IMG/VR virus record: IMGVR_UViG_2504643024_000001
Origin: an uncultured virus (IMG/VR IMGVR_UViG_2504643024_000001)
Taxonomy: Duplodnaviria; Heunggongvirae; Uroviricota; Caudoviricetes
Reading direction: 5' to 3' (one strand)
DNA: 54,545 bases
Shown: positions 9,040-17,833 of the stretch, piece by piece
How the letters are laid out: the number at the start of each line of letters is the position of its first letter
Position numbering within the stretch: position 1 is the stretch's first letter
Notes under the pieces: generated by a model
Told to the model about the DNA's origin: nothing
Database searches by the model: none
Seen by the model: the letters and a program-made list of their open reading frames with translations, nothing else
Position numbers and translations under genes: made by a program

Positions 9040-9681
9040 TCACGCCGCCTTTTTCATAAGGCGAATGACCATGTCATCGACACCGCGAAGAAAGTCGACT
9101 ATCTCGACTTCGTAGTCTGCGATTGCCTTTTCATTGCGCTCGACGCGGTGAATGAATAGCTGTAGATGCTCGGGCATGCGCGGATCGAACGAGACGAAAT
9201 CAGCGAACTCCGCATCCGATGCCCACATGTTGTGTAGGATCTGCGGGGCATGCTCTGGTGGTAGGCGATCAGCTTCAAGGTAACCAAGGTGCGTGGCACT
9301 CTTCGGGCACTTGGCTTCCCATACGCCTTTGCGGCCCTGGTCCTCGATGAACCCATCCACGCTGCAACCGGCCATGAAGTCGGTCAGGCAGATGAATCCG
9401 CACTCTTGAACGATCAGGCCAGTTTTCTGTTCGTAGGCCATGCGGGCGAACGGCTCTTGCTCGGTGCCCCACATCATTTCCTTGCTGACGAAGAAGTCAT
9501 CGGCGGGTAGGCCGGTTAGACGCTCAAGGCCAAGCTGGATTCGGTAATCGCGCCGCGTCGCTGCTTCGCCTGATTTGATTGCCGCCAGGATGTCCTTGGC
9601 GCGCGAGCCGGTTGCGCGTCCTGCACGGTCCTGCTTCCATTCAAGGGTGCCCTGGGCATGAGTTGAGATAGTGGATTTCAT
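9040..9681 (-). CDS. Lambda-exonuclease/YqaJ family protein
   Basis: QGTLEW..R.G..TGS, WGTEQEP.AR, S.DG, EAKCP, DFVSFDPR. Confidence 0.9.
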   Translation of the reverse strand: MKSTISTHAQGTLEWKQDRAGRATGSRAKDILAAIKSGEAATRRDYRIQLGLERLTGLPADDFFVSKEMMWGTEQEPFARMAYEQKTGLIVQECGFICLTDFMAGCSVDGFIEDQGRKGVWEAKCPKSATHLGYLEADRLPPEHAPQILHNMWASDAEFADFVSFDPRMPEHLQLFIHRVERNEKAIADYEVEIVDFLRGVDDMVIRLMKKAA

Positions 9682-10574
9682 TGGGGAATCTCCTCAAATT
9701 CGACTTCGTCATCGGCATCCGACTGTTCCGGCTCCGACTCAGCTTTAGGTGCGGAGGCTTTCAGCACTACGCCGCGAGCACCGACCGCCGTCTTAAATGC
9801 ATCGTAAGAGGTCATGTCCTTGACCTCATTGATGGCCGAAACGCCGGCCTTCCATACCTCGGTGAGAGCTTCCGGGGTTGCCGCTGCGTTGGCTTGGGCG
9901 ATCCAGTGAGCGGCAAGTTCTGGATCATGCGGCGCCGGGCCAGGCTTCTGATTGGTGGTCTGGGTACCTTCCTGCGGCCGAAGCTCTTCCGGCAGGTCTT
10001 CAATGTCCTGCGTGAAGATGTCCGAAGCGGCGGTTACGTTCAGCGTCATGGCGATCATGGCGCGCTTGCAGGCCATCTTTAGAATGGTGTTGGCAAGATC
10101 GGCGGCCTCGGTGCGGACCTGATCTGCGGTGTTGCCGTTTTTGTAGTACTTCTTCCGACGCAGGTTTTCCGGGGTTGCGTTCAGCTCCGCCTTGCAGATC
10201 ACGGCACGCCACTTGTACTTTTCTTCGTTGGACGAGCATTCTCCAACGCCTTCGCCCAAGGCTACGCCGGTCGTCTGGTGACGCCCCATACAGGTGACGC
10301 GGTAGCGGGCCTCGCCTTGCACTGACAGGTCTTCGATCTTGTATTCCTGCGCCACCCGGAAGGTCACGCACAGCACCTCAGCGCCGGGCTTGTAGAGGGT
10401 CGGCTTATTGGTGCCAGGGATGGTGCCGTAGTGGGTCTCACGCTTCATGATGTCTCGCATCACTTCCTGCACCAGGTTAACGCGCTGGCGAATCTCGACG
10501 GCAGAGAAGCGGTGTGCCTCGGCGGCGGTAAGGCCAGAGGTCTCGCGCGCTGGCATTTGGATAATCTCGTTCAT
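9678..10574 (-). CDS. Putative ssDNA-annealing recombination protein
   Basis: Adjacent to exonuclease; KPTLYKPGAE and KMACKRA...SDIFTQD motifs; acidic tail. Confidence 0.65.
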   Translation of the reverse strand: MNEIIQMPARETSGLTAAEAHRFSAVEIRQRVNLVQEVMRDIMKRETHYGTIPGTNKPTLYKPGAEVLCVTFRVAQEYKIEDLSVQGEARYRVTCMGRHQTTGVALGEGVGECSSNEEKYKWRAVICKAELNATPENLRRKKYYKNGNTADQVRTEAADLANTILKMACKRAMIAMTLNVTAASDIFTQDIEDLPEELRPQEGTQTTNQKPGPAPHDPELAAHWIAQANAAATPEALTEVWKAGVSAINEVKDMTSYDAFKTAVGARGVVLKASAPKAESEPEQSDADDEVEFEEIPQ

Positions 10575-10581
10575 GACGACC

Positions 10582-11145
10582 TCAGTAGGTGATAGCGATG
10601 GCTGGAATCTTGCGCTGAGCGATGAGGGTGATCGCCTGCTTCGCGCATTCCTCGGTCATACCGCCAGCAACAAAAGCGTCGAGTGCCGCGCGATTGATCT
10701 TGGCTTTGTGGGCCTTGTCAGCCTCGCGCAGCTTCTCTTGGCGCAGGATCTCGTCGGCGGCGGCCTTCTGGCGGGCGATCTCGTCTTGCTTGGCCTTTTC
10801 AACTGCAGCCTTCTGGTTCTCGATGGCTGCCAGCCGATCACGCTCGGCCTTTTGTTCGGCCTCTATCTGTTCACGCTTTGCCTGCTCAGCCTTGCGCTCA
10901 GATTCGGCGGCAGCGAGCTTCAGATCGTTCTCGCGCTTCTCGGCGGCAACCTTGGACTTGCTGACCTTGGCGGCCAGCGAGGCGATACGGTCGCGGCCCT
11001 TGGCGGTGGACAGGTCCGGTACCTGGGAGCCTACTTCCTCCTTCACCGCTTGTAGGAATGGCTTCAGGCCGTCCTTCACGTAGATGGCCGGAGCATTGGC
11101 TTCGCTGATGTCGTCGATGGTGACGGCAAGCTGATTGGCGGACAT
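10582..11145 (-). CDS. Phage coiled-coil protein, possibly internally deleted
   Basis: PDLSTAKGRDRIASLA N-terminus joined directly to an Ala/Glu/Lys-rich tail. Confidence 0.65.
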   Translation of the reverse strand: MSANQLAVTIDDISEANAPAIYVKDGLKPFLQAVKEEVGSQVPDLSTAKGRDRIASLAAKVSKSKVAAEKRENDLKLAAAESERKAEQAKREQIEAEQKAERDRLAAIENQKAAVEKAKQDEIARQKAAADEILRQEKLREADKAHKAKINRAALDAFVAGGMTEECAKQAITLIAQRKIPAIAITY

Positions 11146-11301
11146 GGGGATTCCTTGCCGCCATGCAGGCAGCGCTTGAAGTTATTGTTTATTGAGTGAC
11201 GCGATCAGCGAGAGCACCGAGCAGCATCAGGAAGGTGAAGACGGCGAGAGCAGGGAAGGAGCCGCGCCAGATCAGAAGTCGGCGTGCGCGTTGGTGAGAG
11301 G

Positions 11302-11499
11302 TCATGGCTTCAGCTCCTCGTCTGGGTCAAGGCCGAACTCACGACAAAGCGCATATGCCACGCCCGATCCGACTCCAAAAATATCCATGAAGAGAATCCA
11401 GCGCTGATTCATGTATCCGCCGCGCCGTTTCCCGCGCATGTTTCGCATGACACTTTCCAGCAGCTCGCGCTCAGTGTATTCGCATCCTGAGAGCATCAT
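11302..11499 (-). CDS. Hypothetical phage protein
   Basis: Small ORF; FGVGSGVA..LCREFGLDPD motif. Confidence 0.55.
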   Translation of the reverse strand: MMLSGCEYTERELLESVMRNMRGKRRGGYMNQRWILFMDIFGVGSGVAYALCREFGLDPDEELKP

Positions 11500-11927
11500 T
11501 CCGCCACCGCCTCAGCCAAGCTGATCTTCTTCCACGATGGTGGCAGCTTTACGGCTGCGATCTTGCCGTCGTCGTTGGCTTGCAAGATGCTCAGGATCAT
11601 GTGTTCCATGCCCTGTGGCACTTTAGCGTTACAGAGTTGGCCGTCGACTTCGATGATGATTTGCACGATCGAGATGTTCATCGCGACACCGCCACAGGCA
11701 GGCTGATCTGCCGAGGCGCGCCGGTTTCTTTGAATAGGCTGTATTGCATGAGCCAGATGGTCAGGCCACAGGCGAGGATCCAGTAGAAGGTCTTCATTGC
11801 TACTCCCTCCAATACTGAATCGGCACAAAGGTGTATTGCCCTGGTCCGTGCCGATGGACCCGCCACAGGTCCAAGTCGATGCGCTTCAGGAGTTCGTCGA
11901 AGGTGCAAATGCGAGTGGCGAGGCGTT

Positions 11928-12125
11928 TCATGGAGACACCTCAACCAGCCGGCCTCTAGGGTCTATATCCCAGTCGCCCTCCATGAATGCGCCGTTGTCA
12001 CGGCAATGATGACGCCAGCTGCCTTTCACTGGGCATTCAAGCTCGCATACGAGGGTTTCGCGCGGACGCTTGAGAACCCCTTCCAACTCTTCGTCGATCA
12101 GGGTTTTTACCAGGGAAGTTGTCAT
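11928..12125 (-). CDS. Hypothetical phage protein
   Basis: RBS, operonic position. Confidence 0.5.
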   Translation of the reverse strand: MTTSLVKTLIDEELEGVLKRPRETLVCELECPVKGSWRHHCRDNGAFMEGDWDIDPRGRLVEVSP

Positions 12126-12270
12126 TCCGGATCTCCATGCCGATCGTGTCGGGCGTCGTCGAAGCCGAGCTGCCAGCTGAACGCCTCGTTACTGCCGTAC
12201 TCATACGGGTTGCAAGTGGTCTTGCCGTAGGCCAGGAAGCCTTCGCCGTACTTGCAGTTGGGATTCACAG

Positions 12271-12483
12271 TTATCTTGAGCATGCAGACAACTCCTTGCG
12301 CTGCCGGCTGATCTTCAGCAGCTTGGCGCTGTAGTGGTGGAATTCTTCGGCGGTGATGTCGCTGGCGGTGAAGTGGCGGACGATCAGGCCCTCAGTGAGG
12401 GTTTCGTCAAGATCGGTCGCCTCTGGCAGTTCAAGGGCTTCCAGTGCCCGGTCGATGGCGATGTGCGGGCTCAAAATCCGCAC
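12271..12483 (-). CDS. Hypothetical phage protein
   Basis: Operonic ORF. Confidence 0.55.
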   Translation of the reverse strand: MRILSPHIAIDRALEALELPEATDLDETLTEGLIVRHFTASDITAEEFHHYSAKLLKISRQRKELSACSR

Positions 12484-12920
12484 CGTCGCTTTTCATGGTC
12501 AGCTTCGCGCTTGGCCTCGATGTACTCGTCGACCTTGCTCTCGACCAGCGCATCAGCCAGGGCATGAATGACCGTGCCTTCGCCCTGATGAGGCCCTAGC
12601 GCCGAGACTGCCCACTTGTACAGATGGTCATCCGTATGGCCGCGACGGACGATCTCGATCAGGATCTTTTCGATTCCGCACTCCTGGTCTAGCTGGGCTT
12701 CCATGTGGGTGACCACGGAGCGGACCAGATCCTTGTGCCGGACCAGTTCGCGCTCACGCCCCCAAGGGTTCGGGGCATAGGCGGACCCTTGGTCCATAAG
12801 GTCCTCTATTGCCGCCTTCTTCCACTCGGCGACGTCTTGCTCGTCAACCGGCGCCTCTTCGTCTTCCGGAGGCAGCATGTTGTCGTACCGCGCCTGGCAA
12901 TCTCTCAGTGCTTCTTGCAT
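12471..12920 (-). CDS. Hypothetical phage protein
   Basis: GGAGG RBS, 149 aa. Confidence 0.65.
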   Translation of the reverse strand: MQEALRDCQARYDNMLPPEDEEAPVDEQDVAEWKKAAIEDLMDQGSAYAPNPWGRERELVRHKDLVRSVVTHMEAQLDQECGIEKILIEIVRRGHTDDHLYKWAVSALGPHQGEGTVIHALADALVESKVDEYIEAKREADHEKRRCGF

Positions 12921-13254
12921 GGCCGAACCCTCCGACGTTTAACCGCTGGCACGAACACGCACGCCAGGCCGTAAAGCTCTGCATTCGAAAAGCATGTACG
13001 CAGGAGAAGCGCGTCGGCTTCACGGTTGCGCGGGATGCTGGTGTTCATGATTTCCTCCAACTGTTTGGTTGCTGAAAACACTCGGCTGCACTCATCCATT
13101 CCACTGGTTGCCGTTGGGCGTGGAGGGGAGTGCATGCGGGTGGATTCGGAGGGAAGTGGGTGCAGGCGGCCGGCACGTCCCGGCACGTATCAGGTCTGGC
13201 CACGCCGACTCGCGCAGCCCCTCGATTCACCTGCAAAGAAGAGCAATAAATGAA

Positions 13255-13833
13255 TTAACGAATGAATAATCTGCGGACGGGGCGGACGCGGAGCTCGTTG
13301 ACCTTGACGCCGCCGTAGTAGGAGTAGCCACCACCGAAGACCATGGTGAACGCGAAGTCGGCGGAGCGCTGCGTGCTGGTCCAGTACGCCCCTTTGGTAA
13401 TCAGTCCATTCACCCACACCTGGTGCATATCTGCAGGTGAGCCTAGGAAGAAGTCATGGTGACCGTCGGCGGTGTATTTGGCGGCGGCGTTGGCGGCAGG
13501 GCGATCACCTTCCGATACAAGCTGCTCGGTGTTCCTCATGCCGTCCCACTTGCTTGTGGCGCCAGATTCGATACCGCGACCGCCCCATGCGTGCTCACCG
13601 ACGTCCTCGGTGGCGAGGATGAGGTAGTGGAAAGGAGCACCTTCGCGAGCTGGAACTGGGCCGCCATTCACACCGCCTTGGCCGGGCCAGTAATCGCCCA
13701 GCGCCGGAATGAAGTCGGTGGCCTGAGTGTTGGCTGGCGCGGCACCGACAAGGCCGGTCAGCACTTGTAGAGCCAGCGCGGCGCAAGGAGTGGTTAGTGT
13801 GGTTGCGCCGTGGTTTACGGTAATCAGTTGCAT
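13255..13833 (-). CDS. DGR target 3 (remote), DUF1566-like protein
   Basis: C-terminal VR; paralogous to target 2 (IPALG..WPGQGG.NGG, HYLI.A..DVG, ADGHHDF). Confidence 0.9.
   Translation of the reverse strand: MQLITVNHGATTLTTPCAALALQVLTGLVGAAPANTQATDFIPALGDYWPGQGGVNGGPVPAREGAPFHYLILATEDVGEHAWGGRGIESGATSKWDGMRNTEQLVSEGDRPAANAAAKYTADGHHDFFLGSPADMHQVWVNGLITKGAYWTSTQRSADFAFTMVFGGGYSYYGGVKVNELRVRPVRRLFIR
13268..13373 (-). repeat. DGR variable repeat VR3
   Basis: 17 mismatches, all at TR adenines, plus one extra codon in the AAC run. Confidence 0.94.
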
Positions 13834-14024
13834 GATTGGGTTCCTTGTCGGGATTGTTCGTTGCCTTCCCACTGCCGACGATCCATCGACACTGGTGAAA
13901 ATCGTGGGTTTACGCAGCTTGAGCCGAGCGGGTGTCGGGCAGCTTCGGGCTTGGCGCGTCTTGCGTGATGAAGACGTAAAGCCAGAGAAGGGCGATCATG
14001 ATTTGTGCTCCATGGGAGTGAATG

Positions 14025-14052
14025 AAGAAAGCCCGAGGGGTAGTCGGGCTTT
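14025..14052 (-). terminator. Intrinsic terminator-like hairpin in the PL transcript
   Basis: AAAGCCCGA...TCGGGCTTT stem. Confidence 0.55.
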
Positions 14053-14185
14053 CCAATCAACCAGACCGCAAGCCAGAAACAGCTGGCCGCGATCTGTGAG
14101 CCGGTCGCACTCTGCTGGAGTCGGCGACCGGGTGTTTCGTCAGTGGTGTGATGCAGGGGGCCGCATTGCGCGGTGTGGACTCTTC

Positions 14186-14322
14186 CGCATCGGGGTGTGA
14201 TCTGGCAGGGATTCGAACCCAAAAGACTTACGTCGATTTCGGCAGCGCTACCTAGTCGACCGCACCGGCTATACCGGGCACCCTGATCCGCCGAGTGAAA
14301 CTCCAGATCACACCCCGATGCG
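14186..14322 (-). ncRNA. Candidate structured RNA closed by a 20-bp perfect inverted repeat, containing a tRNA T-arm-like motif
   Basis: Arms 14186-14205 and 14303-14322; GGGTTCGAATCCC on the minus strand. Confidence 0.45.
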
Positions 14323-14375
14323 CTCTCATAGAGAGGATCGGGCAGTTTTCGTCAGACTGACGTGGCGCTGGTTGT

Positions 14376-14819
14376 TCAGCCTTCACGAACTCGGCTGATC
14401 GAGTTCGGCTCATTCAGAAATGGCGACAACCTCAGCTGAAGCATTTTCACGTGGTCGGCCTGCTGGTCGATCAGACCGCGAATGTCTTTGACTTCGTAGA
14501 ACTGCATCAACTGCTGAACCTCCGTGTCGGGCATTGGAATTGTCCGTGGCTTCATATCTGCCACGCGCACGGTGTAAACCTTGTCCTCGCTTATCCCGCA
14601 GACAATCACACGAGCTACTGCTTCCATGTTGCCCTTGTGAATCGTTGCAGTTGGCGGGGACTGGATCGGCACATCCACCCAAGTGTTCGACTGATAGGTG
14701 CCGACCACCTTGTGGGTGTAGATCTCGTTCGGCACGCCGTGGCGTTTCATCTCGATCAGCGCGTAATCGCCAAAGCTGGGGAACGATGATTTAGCTAAGT
14801 CGTAATTGAATTCACTCAT
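14376..14819 (-). CDS. Hypothetical phage protein
   Basis: GGAG RBS, 147 aa. Confidence 0.65.
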   Translation of the reverse strand: MSEFNYDLAKSSFPSFGDYALIEMKRHGVPNEIYTHKVVGTYQSNTWVDVPIQSPPTATIHKGNMEAVARVIVCGISEDKVYTVRVADMKPRTIPMPDTEVQQLMQFYEVKDIRGLIDQQADHVKMLQLRLSPFLNEPNSISRVREG

Positions 14820-14893
14820 TTGTGACTCCCGTTGATTTCCAATGCCGCCTCATCGAAGCGGCATCAGTAAATCTGTGGGTATTGCCTTTCTCC

Positions 14894-15049
14894 TCAGTAA
14901 CCCAGCCAACCCAGCACTTCTTCACCGCTGTATTCTTCGCGGTCGCCAATGTCCTGCATGAACTCGACGAACGATGAACCGTGCTTGTCGATCTCTCGGC
15001 GAGCTTCTTCTCGGCTGACGGTGGCATCGCAGGCTTCTTGGTAGTTCAT
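14894..15049 (-). CDS. Small hypothetical phage protein
   Basis: AGGAG RBS, start MNYQE. Confidence 0.55.
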   Translation of the reverse strand: MNYQEACDATVSREEARREIDKHGSSFVEFMQDIGDREEYSGEEVLGWLGY

Positions 15050-15389
15050 GGCGCTGCTCCTTTTCGGGGTGATTTTCCAGATGACCCTGTCGCCAAGGTC
15101 ATCGAGGAAATCTGTTCGCCGTGACCCGCTACTGGCGTCGGCCACTGGCTTGAATCTCTTGTTGTTTGTCTGATCGCGGCTCTGCCCATCAGAAAACTGT
15201 TTTCGGTGCTTTACGCTGCACACCCGGGTCAGTTGCCAACCCTCTGAACCGTTAGGCCGGTTCATCGCTGCCTTCTTGCTGGCCGGTGTTGATCCGGCAG
15301 TCTTGAAGCTGGTGCATCTAAAGAGCGGTCGGTCCTTTTCAGGCCCTTCGCTGCCGGTCCCTTGTTAGGTGCTCGGTGGCGATGGGTGA

Positions 15390-15431
15390 AATATAGGATA
15401 GCCTTTATTTCGAGTCAACAGGCTTGCCTTT
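15390..15431 (-). promoter_or_regulatory. PL promoter with two OL operators
   Basis: TTGACT-N17-TATATT on the minus strand; ATAGG-N4-CCTTT (15393-15406) and ACAGG-N4-CCTTT (15418-15431) resemble the OR palindromes. Confidence 0.8.
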
Positions 15432-15644
15432 ATTTTTTTGCTCGGGCACAAAAAATCCCGCTCAGTGGCGGGATCATAAATTCGGGTGGGATGTCAGGGG
15501 CGTAAAAAAGCCCACACGATGGCGGGCCAATGCCGAGAGAAAGGAGTTTAAGACTCGGCGAACTCAGTGTAAGCGGTATATGCGGTATTGCAAGGCGAGA
15601 ACCAAAAAGCCCGCGCTGGACGGCCTCATCTATCCGGGACTGGT

Positions 15645-15890
15645 TCAGTCTTCTGGATCGATCTCTTCCTCTGGTTTCCACCTGGCAACCAGGTTAGCCA
15701 TCAGCTCGGCAATGGCGTCACTGTTGTCCGCCAGTACCTCTAGATGCTCGCTGACTCGGCCATATGTATCCGTGGAGCCGCGCTGATCAATCCAGATGCT
15801 GATCTCTTCGATCGCGCAACCGAGCGCCATGATGTTCTGGTTGAGGCGGTAGAGCAGGGCGGGGGTCGGATCGTCGGGAAGGGTCGGCAT
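15645..15890 (-). CDS. Hypothetical protein (immunity-region accessory)
   Basis: ORF with GGAGG RBS. Confidence 0.6.
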   Translation of the reverse strand: MPTLPDDPTPALLYRLNQNIMALGCAIEEISIWIDQRGSTDTYGRVSEHLEVLADNSDAIAELMANLVARWKPEEEIDPED

Positions 15891-16160
15891 GGCATTTCCT
15901 CCATTAGAGAAGGAAAGGGTAGCAGCGGCCAAAAAAATGGCCCGCATGAGGGCGGACCTAAGGGAATCCTTGAAGGGAGTGTCACTGATACGTCAGCTGA
16001 GGTCAGTGTAGGTCGAAAGGAAGAGGGCGCCAGGTCGATACGAAAAGCTCCGTACTCGGCGGGCTTGGCCATTCAAGGAGCCTCGCCCCTATGCGTGAAT
16101 ACCGATTCAATAATATAAAAGCCCGGCGCTGGGCCGGGCTTGAGGCGAAATGCGATCTTC

Positions 16161-17141
16161 CTAGTCTTCAGCAAGTTTCAGGTCGAGCTCTTGTTGTGTA
16201 CCAAATCTCGCGGAAAATTTCTTTTCGTAGTCAGCGCTTGAACTTGATGACTCGGCCATCTCCAAAATGCGGCCCATGTGAATACGTAGTGCTCGAGCGC
16301 CAATTTCATTGAGGAACTGGAAGAGTTTCTTCTTTTTTGGGTCTCGATCCCTCAGAGCGCGGAGTAGCTCAAGAATCTTTCCGCTGCTTTGAGCGAGGGG
16401 ATAGTAAATGTGCCGGCGAGTGAGGTGCATCAACTTCCATGGTTTACCTCTAGCGGGCACTGGAATTTGGTAGAGTCGGTGCCAAGCAAGATAGAGCTCA
16501 TTAGGGAATTCCTGCTCGTACTTCCGAGCCTCTTCCTGCACAAAATGTTTGAAGGCTGCAACGATTTCTTCTCTGGTTCTGTCGAACCCGGAAAGAGCAT
16601 AAACCAGTCCAGTAATACCAGCTTTTGCCGAGGCGTTCAGGATGATGTGAGCTTGCCTGGCGGCGTTGACCTGGGACGGCAGCAATTTCCCGTCATTTTC
16701 GACCGCAATTACTACCTTGCAGATATCGATAAGGATTGTTACATCATAGCCATTAAGCTGCCTAGGCGGCTGATTGTGGCCCACGGGAGGCCCTTGAAAA
16801 ACAAGAGGATTATCTAACTTTTCGCGGAGTTCTGGCCCGACGTAAGCAGATATCGTTTTCCCGCTTACGAAGCGTGGAAGACGACTCCCCCCCTCCCCAA
16901 GACCTAGCGCTTCACCCATACCACGCTGGCTTATTACCGCTGTCTTCCTATCGTCATCAAGAACGTAACATTCGACGTCGAATCCAAAATCGGTGCTGAA
17001 ATTTCCTTTGTGCGTGGCGCGCATTGGCTTATCTCCCCAGCGAGCTGCAGCGGCTTTCTTCGCTATCGCTTTTCGCTCTGCTTCCGTTAGAGCTTCCGCT
17101 CTTGCTATACCGCCTTTAGCTTTTCCAGATGGTTCCGACAT
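16161..17141 (-). CDS. P63C-domain protein
   Basis: GGIARA..L...ER..IAKKAAAARW N-terminus, CYVLDD, AKAGITGLVYALSGF, YEQEFPNELY, KKLFQFL. Confidence 0.8.
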   Translation of the reverse strand: MSEPSGKAKGGIARAEALTEAERKAIAKKAAAARWGDKPMRATHKGNFSTDFGFDVECYVLDDDRKTAVISQRGMGEALGLGEGGSRLPRFVSGKTISAYVGPELREKLDNPLVFQGPPVGHNQPPRQLNGYDVTILIDICKVVIAVENDGKLLPSQVNAARQAHIILNASAKAGITGLVYALSGFDRTREEIVAAFKHFVQEEARKYEQEFPNELYLAWHRLYQIPVPARGKPWKLMHLTRRHIYYPLAQSSGKILELLRALRDRDPKKKKLFQFLNEIGARALRIHMGRILEMAESSSSSADYEKKFSARFGTQQELDLKLAED

Positions 17142-17224
17142 GCAAGCATCCTCACTTTTGTATGCTTGCATAGTATTGGTATGGGCTGGGGAAGTGCAAG
17201 CATAAAAAAGGCGCCATGCTTGCA
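17140..17224. promoter_or_regulatory. Two TGCAAGCAT-N12-ATGCTTGCA palindromes upstream of the P63C gene
   Basis: 17141-17170 and 17195-17224, identical arms and spacer length. Confidence 0.7.
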
Positions 17225-17308
17225 AAGCTGGCGCCTCTGTAATTTCTTGTGCTATTCGGTTTTTCGGATGCTTATGTTTAATAAATATACAAATCCCCGC
17301 CACCCCAC

Positions 17309-17536
17309 CTACTCGGCCTTCCCCCGCACAATCCTTCCCGCTTTCACCTCATCAGCATACGAAGTCAGCCGATCCGCATCCTCATAGAGTCTGCCGACCA
17401 GCTGCATCAGCTCCAGAGCATCAGCGTCACTGATCCGTTGCGCCAGCCTGCCGAGGTCAATGCAGGACTGTTCAAGGTTGAAGGCGATCCCTTTCAGGTC
17501 GCGCCTCAGGTCCTGCTCAGGTTTTGTCAGACCCAT
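17309..17536 (-). CDS. Hypothetical protein
   Basis: AGGAGG RBS inside junction repeat. Confidence 0.65.
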   Translation of the reverse strand: MGLTKPEQDLRRDLKGIAFNLEQSCIDLGRLAQRISDADALELMQLVGRLYEDADRLTSYADEVKAGRIVRGKAE

Positions 17537-17574
17537 GATGACCTCCTACAAATCCCCGCCGCGCCAGTTGGCAT

Positions 17575-17763
17575 TCAGCCTGCCATAGCCATTCTCAGCA
17601 CTATCACAGCCTCAAGTAGCTTTTGTACCTGGGTCACGACAACCGAAGCCAGATCGTCACTCCCTGCTACTTGAAGAGCGTCCACAACATCGAGCAGTTT
17701 CTCCACCTCGACCTCGATGGCGTGGACGGATTCGCCTATATGGTATTGAAGTGAGTGCGCCAT
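17575..17763 (-). CDS. Hypothetical protein
   Basis: GAGG RBS, start MAHSLQY. Confidence 0.55.
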   Translation of the reverse strand: MAHSLQYHIGESVHAIEVEVEKLLDVVDALQVAGSDDLASVVVTQVQKLLEAVIVLRMAMAG

Positions 17764-17833
17764 CTTGGTCAATCCTCGCGCTAGATCTCCTACAAATCCC
17801 CGCCGCACCAGATGACTCGGCCCAAGAGGCTCA

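Noticed and set aside
6023..13373. CRISPR array or group II intron/retron explanation for the repeats and RT
   Set aside because: Repeats are dispersed, coding and differ at adenines; avd is present; no cas genes or spacers
14186..14322. Canonical tRNA gene
   Set aside because: Only a T-arm-like motif; no convincing acceptor, D or anticodon arms by eye
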